A program made the translations under genes and the position numbers. The notes under the pieces are model-generated. The model saw only the letters and a list, made by a program, of their open reading frames with translations. It was not told the origin of the DNA and did no database searches. A stretch of DNA of 64,000 nucleotides from NCBI GenBank assembly GCA_010093815.1, contig ML996568.1. One strand, written 5' to 3'. The first letter of the stretch is position 1. Every line of letters starts with the position of its first letter. Of this stretch, positions 54,141 through 64,000 are shown piece by piece. The DNA is from Pseudovirgaria hyperparasitica (Eukaryota).

Positions 54141-55049
54141 AGTAAAGATGATACTACTAACGTCGAGGTCTTGATGGGTTCAGTCATGAGTGCAGGCGCG
54201 GGAGTGGATGATATTGACTGGATTCTGTGACGCTGGAGTAGGACGTGTCTGCTCTTTATTATTCCGAGGGCTTCGTGTGGTCTTGGCCGGTTGGAGATTC
54301 AAAAGTATAATAGTCGGTCTTCATGAAGTTGCCAGACACGTCTTCAGCCCCCTGAAAGCTGTTGGCAGCGTATATCGTAAGGGAAACGATAAGATATATA
54401 TATCAGTCGGCGAAACTCCAAGATATGCGAGGGCATCCCATGACCAGAGCCAACTTTGACCGGTCGCAAGAGTTTGATCTGTACCATGTCGTGGAATTGG
54501 ACTTCAATGATACGACTCCTATCCTGATTGGACCCTGGAGGATTTGACACGGTCAATATCCCTGAGTGCGTAGACCTGCTGTCTGGACAATGCAGTGCAT
54601 AGCAGCACAGGTGTGAAAGATTGCAAAGATCATAAGGCCTGCTTGCCGGCAAGATCAACATGTCCTATATGGTAAATCTTTCGTCCAAAGCATGTTTTCT
54701 GTTCGCGCCGTTCATGCAGCGGCACGTGAAACATGGCATGGTCGTACATTTCGCAATCAGATGGGCGGTGTAGACGCCTGCCGCCCAAAGATCAGCTGTA
54801 ACCATTGCCATATCCATAGCTGGGTAACGTCAAGGCTCATGTCTCGGCAGGTACAGATCATGTTGTAACGTCCCGTTGAGGGTAAGCGGGTGAGGTTGTG
54901 GCTAACTCGGACACACGTGCGATGGGATGACGAGCGACTGTGGTGTTGAATCATGCAAGGCATCGGTCATAGGGATGGTGGCGAGCGTTTCGCTTGAATA
55001 GACTCTATCTCATATATTGCTCTATGGTTAAGTCTCTAGTCGTACCGAG

Positions 55050-55760
55050 CTAGTCATCGCGTTTTGTGTAGGGAGCATACTCGTCGTACAAAGTCTTGAA
55101 AGCTGGATCGAAGTTGACCAAACGATCAAAAGCAGCTTTATCTTTGGGTCTAGTGAAAGAATGCAACATTGCGACCAAGGGCAAGTCGGCATGTGATCTA
55201 GTGGTCCCTTCGAAGAATGGGCCTTCCTTCTCTTTCAGAAGCGAAGCCAACGCCGTTAACGCAGGTCGAGCACTCTCCCATACAGCTTCAGGATCCTCGA
55301 CCTCTGTCGTCAATTTACCTCCGTACTTGGCTTTCACGTACTCGACGCTTCCGGGAGAGATGAGTTCTCCAAATACGAGGGGCGCAAGGACTGGGAATAG
55401 GGGCCCGAACGTGGCGCTAGTCGCTGCTTGCACTTTGGCCAGGCGGTCGGTATCGATCTCGAGGGCTGGATACTTTGGTGTGGAGTACTCAGACTCCAGA
55501 TAAGTGGCAATTGCAACGGAGTCCATGATTGTCTTTCCGTCGGGAGTGGTTATTGTTGGCACCGTAAACGCGGTGCCTGAGGCGTTTGGCTGCACGCCCT
55601 TTGCCTTTAAGGTTGGCTCGATGTCCTGGAACTCCAGCCATTTGGTTTCGTAGTCGATGCCCTTGTAGTTCAGAGCGATGCGGGTCTTCAAGGTGTTCAG
55701 AGACCAGCTTCTGTTGGGTTTTGGTGAGGCAAGATCGTAGAGGACAAACTGAGAAGCCAT
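55050..55760 (-). CDS. Glutathione S-transferase-like protein (fungal GSTFuA-like)
   Basis: Intronless 236 aa. LYDL...WSLNTLKTRIALNYKGIDYETKWLEFQDIEP, cis-Pro loop TVPTI, DSVAIATYLE, and C-terminal GPFFEG..SHADL. Confidence 0.85.
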   Translation of the reverse strand: MASQFVLYDLASPKPNRSWSLNTLKTRIALNYKGIDYETKWLEFQDIEPTLKAKGVQPNASGTAFTVPTITTPDGKTIMDSVAIATYLESEYSTPKYPALEIDTDRLAKVQAATSATFGPLFPVLAPLVFGELISPGSVEYVKAKYGGKLTTEVEDPEAVWESARPALTALASLLKEKEGPFFEGTTRSHADLPLVAMLHSFTRPKDKAAFDRLVNFDPAFKTLYDEYAPYTKRDD

Positions 55761-56683
55761 CTTGGACAGGCGAAGAATACAATGATGAGCTTGAGATTGA
55801 GATGAGAGACCATCCTAAATATATGATCAGGCAGTGCCAAGGCCGATCCTTTTCGTCCGGAGCCTTCGATTTTGTGACTACATCTGCACTTTGTGAAGTG
55901 GCGGTTTCATGTAGACCAACGGGGCCTAAGCTGGTCTAACTTGCAGAAATGCGCTGTCCTATACCTCGTGGTCTCTGAATATATCTCGTCAGCAGTGGAA
56001 GCTGACGATCACAGCTATGGAAGGGGTTCAGATCAAGTAACAATCGATGGATGGTAGATACCGCAACAGCATGTCGATGACCTGCAGAAAAAAGTGATAC
56101 AAATGTGCCTTGTGGGAGAGGAATAGTAATAGGTGTTGAGGGATAGCCATCTTCAAAGGACCGATAGCCCGAGACAGGTTGTACACTTACCGGATGCGGT
56201 AAGACGAGGATCCCACAGATGCTCTATCTATGGACCTCTTTATGGGCTTGTATCCATCCACCATAGTACTGATAGATGTTAGAGATTCGCTCATGTGGGT
56301 GTTTATCATCAAATCCATGTATCCGTACTCGCAGCCCTATGTATATGCATAGTCTTCGTGTATGGGTACATCACAGCCTACTAGAGAACGGTCAATCAGG
56401 CATCAGCATCCACGCTTAGCTACTTTGAGTCGTAATCCTTGGTGCTCTCGGTAAGTTGTTGCCAACGCCGCTTCCGCTATCGGCTGCTCCGTGCCGGATG
56501 CGACGTCATCATCATAATACAGACCCGTGATAGCCGTTGTGGTCAGGGTGCCGCGGCGTGGTAGGTGGAGATCGTCGGGGCAATGACAACGGGACAGCTG
56601 TGCATTTTATATATCCCAGCGTTGGTCGGTCACGTCCCCATGCTGCTTAACTTTCACTACCTGAATATACTATAACCCCGACG

Positions 56684-58372
56684 ATGGCAGCTGCCACTTC
56701 TCACGACGATGAGGAACCCAAGGAAGAATTACCACAGCTCCTTACATCTGCTTCAATATCATCTCACACATCTAGCATAAGAACGACTGCACGAACCTAT
56801 TCCGGCTACGATATACATGAGGGGCCAGATGAAGGAACAATCAGCAAGCGCCGCACGAACAGCCTGAGTCGGCGGGAGACGTTGCAAAGAGCGGACACGA
56901 CACTATCCAGGATACGTTCAAGAAAGCCAATTTCACCTTTCAATCACCCTCTCTCTCATCAGAAGACTACCGAAAATGTTGTTGTTACCTTCGACGGAGA
57001 CGACGATCCATATAGACCTATGAATTGGCCTTTCAAGAAGAAGGTGATTACCACAGCGCTGTATGGCTTTACAACGATGGGCGCAACGTGGGCAAGCAGT
57101 GTGTATTCGCCAGCTATAACACAGATCTCGGACGAGTTCGATGTCGGTATCGAAGTGTCGACGTTGGGGCTATCGTTGCTACTTTTCGGATTCGGCCTTG
57201 GGCCATTGCTTTGGGCACCGCTATCAGAAGTATACGGGAGAAAAGCTGCAGTCTTGGTGCCTTATTTCATCGCGGCAGTCTTCTCCTTCGGCACCGCCAC
57301 CGCGAAAGATATTCAGACCGTTCTCATTACCAGGTTCTTCGCTGGGTTCTTTGGTTCGGCACCGGTCACTAACACCGGAGGCGTGCTCGGGGATATCTAT
57401 CCGCCAGAGAGCAGAGGTATCGCTATTGTGTTCTACGCCATGGCAGTTGTTGGCGGGCCAACGCTGGGACCAATCGTAGGCGGTGCGATTGTCCAAAGTT
57501 ATCTGAGATGGCGCTGGACAGAGTACATCACCGGCATTATGATGATGTTCATCTTGGTTCTGGATATCATCTTTCTCGACGAAAGTTACGCTCCCGTGCT
57601 CCTTGTTTATAAAGCTCGACGTCTCCGCCACGATACATTGAATTGGTCGCTGCACGCAAAGCATGAAGAATGGGATGTGAGTGTTTCGGAATTGGCACAA
57701 AAGTATCTCGTCCGGCCATTCCAGCTACTTACAACTCCAATATGCTTCCTCGTAGCTCTGTATGCTTCGTTCGTGTATGGAATCCTTTATGCTAATCTGG
57801 GGGCTTTTCCTTACGTCTTTGAAGAGCTACGCGGCTGGAATCAGGTCGTCGGCGCGCTTCCATTCCTGGCGCTCCTGGTTGGGATTCTGTTTGGGGCTGT
57901 GGCGAATATATTGAATCAGAAGTACTACATCAAAAAGTTTATCGCCAATGGACGACGAGCCGTACCCGAAGCTCGACTGCCTCCCATGATGATGGGGTCC
58001 GTTGTCTTTGCGGCCGGACTGTTTATCTTCGCATGGACTGCGGATCCGAAATTTCATTGGATTGCTCCGGTCATTGGTGCGACGCTCGTCGGCATCGGAT
58101 TCTTCACCATCTTTCAAGCTGCGCTGAACTATCTCATCGACACCTTCCAGCAGTACGCCGCAAGTGCGGTAGCTGCCAACACGTTCTTGAGGAGCGTTCT
58201 TGCTGGAGCCTTTCCATTATTCATCACGCCCATGCTGCACAACATAGGGGCAGGGTGGGGCATTAGTGTATTTGCATTCTTTGCCGTCGCGTTGATTCCG
58301 ATTCCATATCTGTTTTTCGTATTCGGAAAGAGTATAAGAGCGCGAGGAACCTTTTCGAGGGCATCGTTGTAA
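56684..58372 (+). CDS. MFS drug:H+ antiporter (DHA1 family, 12 TM)
   Basis: DDPYRPMNWP, GPLLWAPLSEVYGRK, RFFAGFFGS, GPTLGPIVGG, WRW, PEARL and NYLIDTF...YAASAVAA. Intronless 562 aa. Confidence 0.93.
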   Translation: MAAATSHDDEEPKEELPQLLTSASISSHTSSIRTTARTYSGYDIHEGPDEGTISKRRTNSLSRRETLQRADTTLSRIRSRKPISPFNHPLSHQKTTENVVVTFDGDDDPYRPMNWPFKKKVITTALYGFTTMGATWASSVYSPAITQISDEFDVGIEVSTLGLSLLLFGFGLGPLLWAPLSEVYGRKAAVLVPYFIAAVFSFGTATAKDIQTVLITRFFAGFFGSAPVTNTGGVLGDIYPPESRGIAIVFYAMAVVGGPTLGPIVGGAIVQSYLRWRWTEYITGIMMMFILVLDIIFLDESYAPVLLVYKARRLRHDTLNWSLHAKHEEWDVSVSELAQKYLVRPFQLLTTPICFLVALYASFVYGILYANLGAFPYVFEELRGWNQVVGALPFLALLVGILFGAVANILNQKYYIKKFIANGRRAVPEARLPPMMMGSVVFAAGLFIFAWTADPKFHWIAPVIGATLVGIGFFTIFQAALNYLIDTFQQYAASAVAANTFLRSVLAGAFPLFITPMLHNIGAGWGISVFAFFAVALIPIPYLFFVFGKSIRARGTFSRASL

Positions 58373-58649
58373 CGTCTAGCTACGGTTGCTTGTCTATAAG
58401 CGGTGAATTTTTAATTATCATGTGCCCCCATTCCAAACAAGCCAGTATACTCCCAAGGCTTGACCCCTTAGGAAAGCCTGCCTCAGGCACGTTCTACCCT
58501 GTTCGCTGTCTCTGCATGATCCCCCCTCAAATCTCAAACAGTCCCGGGCCGGCCCTTCATTGCATGCCGCCGCTGAAACCGCATCCATGCTGACACACTG
58601 GTCATTCTAATTCCAAGATTCTATATATAGTCCTTTTTTGCTTTTCCGG

Positions 58650-59073
58650 CTCCCACAACAACCAAGTCCCCTCAGAGCTGCAAGCACCCCCGGACCCCTA
58701 TCCTCAACCAGGGTTGTAGTCTTGCTAGGGTGTCGACTAGGGTGGCTACCGGGGCGAGCGAGACATCGGACCGGGCCCACCTACCCCTGGACATTTCTAC
58801 GATGAGGCGTGCGGGGGGCCCTGCTGCATCAGCTGATACGAACGCAATGTATGTGTGTGTGTGTGTGTGGGTGTGGGTGGAGCATGAGCGATGAGCAGGG
58901 GGGAGGTTAGCTAGCTTGCTGGCTGGGGGTTAGAACCGGGGGTGGCCTGACCTTCGACGGCATGGCGAAACCAAGCTTTAGGGCTCGACACGAGCGCACT
59001 CTGTGTTGGGGTTTGGATCTGAGGCTCGTGTGATATTTCAATTACCCGATTGAGCAATTGTGCACAGACAGAC
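58650..59073 (+). ncRNA. Candidate structured non-coding RNA (family not recognised; 3' hairpin-ACA resembles an H/ACA RNA)
   Basis: TATA-like TATATATA at 58622. GC-rich block with several complementary pairs and a terminal hairpin followed by ACA at 59068-59070. No convincing ORF. Confidence 0.25.
58852..58879. repeat. (GT)n / (GGGTGT) microsatellite
   Basis: About nine GT units followed by GGGTGT variants. Confidence 0.85.
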
Positions 59074-60019
59074 GTGAGTGTGGTTTTTTTTGGGGGGAGG
59101 TGGGGGAGAGTGGCGTGTGAAAGCCGGTTTGTTTTGCAATTGCCTATCCGGGGAATTGTCTCTGGGGTTTTTGGTGTTTGCCTGCGGCGAGGTTGACGGC
59201 GAGGATCGTATTGTTCACATCGTGGTGGGGTTGGGTATGGGATTGCTGAGTGTTGGCTGAGCATGCTCTGGACGACATCCTGCGTGGAGGTCTGGTGGTA
59301 GTACGCCATATATGGGACGGTTTCTAGACGCCGCATGAACGCCAGGTCGGCCAAGGTCTCTTTTCAACCATAGCGAGGCAATAATGGTAGTCCGGGAGGG
59401 GTTATGTAGCGCATTCTATCGGAATATAGATCTCGAGATAATAATAGACTCGATACTTCACATTCCTTATACAAAAATACTTGATGGCCAAATATGGTTA
59501 AACGTTGACTCGAGTAGTTTCAGGGCTAGCAATTGATTGAAATTGTTCTGAAGACTATCCACTCTTGTGGATATTCTAGATGCTAAGACTCTGCGTACTA
59601 CATAAGTCAATAGTCCAGTATATAAAGGAGGAACTGTTCAACATCTCCCTCCTCCGTATCTTGAATCACTTCAACCTACAAACAGGTCACCTACTCTAAT
59701 GCGGATAATGACGCGGGCACTTTAGTTGGATAGCATGTCCATTAGATACATGAAGTAAACCGAAACAATGGTCTATATGATAGACGAAGGGTGTTGTTGT
59801 TGTCATGACGATATCCTCCGCTCAATACCCAACTTGAAGTGCTTCGTCCTGCGTCCACCTAAGCACATCGCTGAGCGCTAGACTTCATTAAAGAGCCTAT
59901 TTATGTTTCTCATCTTATCCATACCTTACTCCACACTCCTAAGCAAAGGAGGAAGCCATGAACAAACATACAAACCCACACCGACCGAGTAGTCAAATTC
60001 GACCATCTCGACTCTCGCA

Positions 60020-60370
60020 TAGTGTTGTATATTACTATAAGTAGGCTAAACACTATATCAAAATGTAAAAAATTCAGGTTATGGTATAGTAGTATAGTAG
60101 TATATAGTATAGTAGTATATAGTATAGTAGTATATAGTATAGTAGTATGTAGTATAGTAGTATGTAGTAAATCATATACAAAATTACATCTTATCTTAGA
60201 GAAGCCTAACAGTCTAAACATACTAGTCTATAGATGAATATGACCGCAACTAAGTGACGAATAAGATATAAGAGAATATAAGAGAATATAAGAGATAACA
60301 TAATAACGCAAGAAAGAGGAAATAAGGTTCGAATTAGACCTAAGACTACCATTAGAAGCTAGATAAAGAC
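60020..60370. repeat. AT-rich, TpA-enriched (RIP-like) patch containing a 15-bp tandem repeat
   Basis: AGTATAGTAGTAT[AG]T x5 at 60091-60165 and AGAGAATATA x2-3 at 60271-60296. Visible excess of TA over TG/CA. Confidence 0.75.
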
Positions 60371-61256
60371 ATTCCTACCATTCTTGTTCTGATCATCGTT
60401 ATCCAACTCGCAGCCTTCTAGTAAATAGTAGTATGAACAGAACTACCTGATTCTCGAAATCGAATATCGCGGCATATTACACGACACCCTCCTCTCCCCC
60501 GTAGCACAGTAGCTAGAAGTCAAGATCGGGTATGCGTTCAGGCCAGGTCTGACTACATGACCGCATACGAGCACATAAATACATGGACAAACATGCCTCT
60601 TTGTGAGTCTTCTTAGATAAGATCAGTCATAAACGCTCTTTAGACGCCGAGTAGGCTTTAGGAGGTAGTTTGGAGTGGGCACCAGGTAGTGGTGTATATA
60701 TCAGCCTCAACTTGACCGCAAAGGCACACGCAGTGATTGCACTCCGAGCTGAAATACAGGGTGCATAGGTCGTATGATACGCGATGCGACAGGGCGATGT
60801 CAATGGGAGCGATTACGACCACTGTAGGACCATCATACGGTACACAGGCAGCTATTGGCTAGTCTGCAGTCATCATACCGGATTGAGTGTTTCCTATAGA
60901 CTCGAAATTGCGGAGAAGAAGTGGGGAGATTCAACGTCCATTTCTGGCGGATTTATGTATGGCTAACTGTGAGGTGTGGGTATGTATAGGCCTGTCTCTG
61001 TTCCAATTTTTTTCTTCTTCACCTTCCCGCCCTATATTACCAAGTCGAAGGGGGCTGATCCGCTCAAACACATTACTTCCTTGCTTTCCCTGGTTCCTTC
61101 ACGTCAAGTACGTACTCCATGCCAAGGAAGATGTGCAGGGGTATATGATCCAGTGAGAGACCTGCTGACTCCATATGCGAATGCAAATGCCGACCTAACT
61201 AATATAACCAATATGATATCCAAAGACTGGCGCCGTGCGTACTGCTCTTTACAACA

Positions 61257-62189
61257 TTACTCCTTCGGGACTGGCGAGTTACTACTGCCACTGCCCTGGC
61301 TCCCGCTCATGCGAAAAACCTTCTTCACGCTCTCGACACCCTTCCGCACGTGTGGATGTGCATTCAGAAAGGGCTCGTCGCTTCTCATTCTTCCGAGGCC
61401 GCCCAGCATCTGGCCTATACTGCTTTTCCGCCGGCCCGCGAGAGGGTCCGGTGGCGCCGGGCGGGGCGGCCATTCGCCGTGCTCCTTCCAGCCTTGCACG
61501 AGTGCCTTGGTCATGTCGGAGAGGTTTATGGGCACCGAGGGTGTCCTCGCGCTCAGCACGACTTTGTTATAGATATCTGGGTATACCTTCTCGCCTATGG
61601 AGATGCGGATGGCGTTCTGGGCAAGCAGGCGTGGCGCCACCGGGACAAGGATTTCCTGTGCGTGCGGATCTGAACATGTAGAGTGGGAATCGGCAAAGTA
61701 GTGCGAGGTGACTTCGGTGCCGGAGTCTGCGGGTGACTTTGAGCTCTCGGCCTGCGACGCTTTCCTCTCACCGCCATTGACGCGTGATTGCAGCTTTTTT
61801 GCCTTGGAGATGCGTGATCTCGCTGCTGCTGCGCCCGTCCATTGGTCTCGCCGCGCTTCAAAAACTGCCAGGCCCTCGTTCCAGCTCATCTCCTCCTCCA
61901 GGTCCTTTCGCCGCTTCCGCATCTTCTCTTCCTTGTTTGCCGCGACGACGAGCCCTACGCTGTCTGGGGAGTCGAATTTATATGCTTCGCCCGAACTCTT
62001 CTTCTGTAGGCTTGTCTCGGATTCAGACTCTGAAGGTGTGCCGTAGAAACGCTCGCGGAATTCCGATACGCCCTTGAGCTCGTCGTCGGAGCGCTTCGGC
62101 CTCGGTGGGTTCGGCCATACCCAGTCGTTCCGGACGTTGTCCTGATAGAAACGACGAGCCTGCCGGGCAGCGCTCTGGTTTGTGTCCAT
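61257..62189 (-). CDS. DUF4050 / Gag1-like clamp domain protein
   Basis: ATG at 62189 (MDTNQSAARQARRF..VRNDWVWP). WNEGLAVFEARRDQWTG and YPDIYNKVV...PSVPINLSDMTKALVQGWKEHGEWPP. Confidence 0.8.
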   Translation of the reverse strand: MDTNQSAARQARRFYQDNVRNDWVWPNPPRPKRSDDELKGVSEFRERFYGTPSESESETSLQKKSSGEAYKFDSPDSVGLVVAANKEEKMRKRRKDLEEEMSWNEGLAVFEARRDQWTGAAAARSRISKAKKLQSRVNGGERKASQAESSKSPADSGTEVTSHYFADSHSTCSDPHAQEILVPVAPRLLAQNAIRISIGEKVYPDIYNKVVLSARTPSVPINLSDMTKALVQGWKEHGEWPPRPAPPDPLAGRRKSSIGQMLGGLGRMRSDEPFLNAHPHVRKGVESVKKVFRMSGSQGSGSSNSPVPKE

Positions 62190-62757
62190 TGGGAAACGGC
62201 TGAGGAACGACTGTGAAAGAAATCGTATAGTATGGCCAGCGAAGTGAGCGAGTGGAGAGTGAAGAGTGGTGGGCGTGCACAATTGCAGCGTGTAGACGGC
62301 GTGCTTGGAAGCTGGTAGTGGTGACGGTGCACGGGCTAAAGTGTGGGGGGAGTATGGGCCAAGGTTCAAGGGAGGTCCGGAAGCCGGTGGTCTAGCCTTG
62401 TCTTGCAAAGACTGAGGCTGGGCCCTAGCTCCAACGCCGGTGAAGCTGTCGCGTGTCGCGTTCGTGCGGTGAATGTTGATGCCAGAGCATTATTTAGAGG
62501 TGGCAGAAGGGTGGTGTGAGAAAGTGTGTATATTAGTAATGCAGTTAAAACCTGAGCAAAAGTGTAACTAGCGGTCGTCGTCTTTCGGGCCTACGAGACG
62601 GTCACAACCCCATAATAAGCAATAATAAGCCACGATATAATTATGATGGTTCGAGGGCCGGATGATCCAGCAAGGCGTCTCAGGCAACAAGGCAGCTAGG
62701 CAGCCAGGCAGGTAATGGGCTGACACCAGATCAATTATCTTGCCGCCCGTCTAAAGT

Positions 62758-64000
62758 CTACGTATAGATACTCTCCGTAATATTGTTGACCTGCAAGCCC
62801 TTTTCCGCCATCTCTGCATTCTCCAGGAATGTCAGAGGCATCCACACCAGGTGGCCTCGGATCTTGTCCAGCTCGGTCCTGATCTGCTCGACGCTCTTGT
62901 CCTTGCCGAAGATATGGCCTTGTTTCTGCGCACCGGGAGGCAGGAACTTGGCATAGTCATCAAAGGACTTGATGGCGTCGTCCGGATCTGCGTGGAACAA
63001 GTCTCGGAACACTTCTGTATTTGTCGTGGCTTGACTAGTCCACATGTTCCACACATCGTCTGAGAGAGGGTCGGCGACAAAGTCCCAGTCTTCACCCTCC
63101 TCATAGCGGTTGGGTGAGTGCGTAGGTGGCTCGGCGTTTGGGTCGTCTTTGGCGTCAAGGGGAAGGTTGGGAAGCAGTCCAAGGTGCTCCATCCATAGTG
63201 TCCGGCGAAGTGTTGCAGCGTGGTGACCAGCCTGATACGACCGACCGTCCATTTTTGACTCCAAAACCTTCGTGTCGGTCATGACAATCGACAGTTCGGA
63301 GTCGTGGTAGCCGAGCTGTGACCGATCGTTGATGTTTGAGCTCCCGCAAACAGCAATCTTGTCATCGACGATGAGAAGCTTCGCGTGGATGTAGAGCTCC
63401 TCTTGCACGTAGTTGTCGATTTCTTGCTGAGAAGACTGCTCACTCCATCCCAGCTCGCTGACCTTCTTCTCTCCCTTAAGCGCACTCTTTGCGATACTGT
63501 CTTTGGACTCTGGTCCTTCCGCCTCCCCGCTAATACCGGCATGTTCACGCGCTGCTTCAAAGCGGCGTTTCTTATCGATCGTAGCCTCTTTAGCCGCATC
63601 GTTTGCATCGTCCGAGTCATAGCCGCCCTCACTTTCGCTCGATGAGTCTCCCGCTGCGCCTGAAACTCCAGTGCCCATGATCTCCTGCGCCTCGGCGCGC
63701 TGGACGTCTTGATACTTGACCCCGGACTTCTCCTCTTGTACCTTCATAGCTGGGGTAAAGTTCAGGCGATCATAGGAGCGGAGATTGAATACATAGACGT
63801 GTTCTGTAGTCATCAGTATTGATCTTTACGCTACCATATAGTAGCACTCACGAGTGGGATCAACGCCCTGCGCCTTGATTTGTTCCATGATACTGTTTTT
63901 GCCGCGATTGATAGACTTGTATTGATAGTCCATGATCGCGCGTGTTCCCATTGCAGCGTCATCTCTGAGGTCGCCAGCAAAACCAGGAATGGCAGGAATG
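62758..64000 (-). CDS. Phospholipase D, 3' part (second HKD motif); begins outside the window
   Basis: IPAIPGFAGDLR, VYVFNLRSYDRL, EELYIHAKLLIVDD...GSSNINDRSQLGYHDSE and IRGHLVWMPLTFL. Intron about 63807-63852. Confidence 0.93.

Noticed and set aside
54190..55000. Possible pseudogene between OGT and GST
   Set aside because: Multiple stops in all frames and no recognisable domain.
58650..59160. RNase P/MRP, U3, snR30, SRP or hammerhead identity for the structured block
   Set aside because: Only fragmentary resemblances (AAGTCCCC, AAACCAA, CGAAAC); partner motifs are missing or wrongly spaced.
60700..60780. 5S rRNA-like start (CATACGACC on the minus strand)
   Set aside because: The following sequence does not match 5S rRNA.
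58400..61250. Telomerase RNA in the large intergenic region
   Set aside because: No TAACCCTAA-type template on either strand, only partial CTAACCC, and no convincing pseudoknot.
62190..62408. N-terminal extension of the DUF4050 ORF from a TTG start
   Set aside because: Looks like a pyrimidine-rich 5' UTR; the conserved-looking sequence starts at ATG 62189.

Overview
Gene-dense, intron-containing DNA from a filamentous ascomycete (Pezizomycotina; short ~45-60 nt GT-AG introns with CTRAY-type branch sites). I can support about 22 protein-coding genes. Conserved genes: UPF2 (5' part), a division-3 chitin synthase, BOS1, a GYF-domain protein, BST1, Rad26/ATRIP, CDS1, SEC62, RPL12, an O-GlcNAc transferase homologue, a DUF4050 protein and the 3' part of a phospholipase D. 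Accessory genes: M28 peptidase, MRJP/yellow protein, an orphan 7-TM protein, a P450, a Zn2Cys6 factor, a GST and a DHA1 MFS transporter. No tRNA, rRNA, CRISPR array or intact transposon was seen; there are small RIP-like AT-rich patches. Main lead: two Ser-rich microproteins (66 aa at 12.7 kb; 70 aa spliced at 39.9 kb) share a C-terminal A-x-x-[HN]-Y-x-T-x-R-stop motif. Both have TATA boxes and CCG/CGG palindromes, and one lies tail-to-tail with a Zn2Cys6 factor whose own promoter carries the same TCGGA half-site array. This suggests a possible microprotein/Zn-cluster regulatory module. Other leads: a structured ncRNA candidate at 58.6-59.1 kb, a multi-uORF leader on the OGT gene, and a structured long intron in the GYF gene. 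Gene models were derived by eye and no database searches were run.
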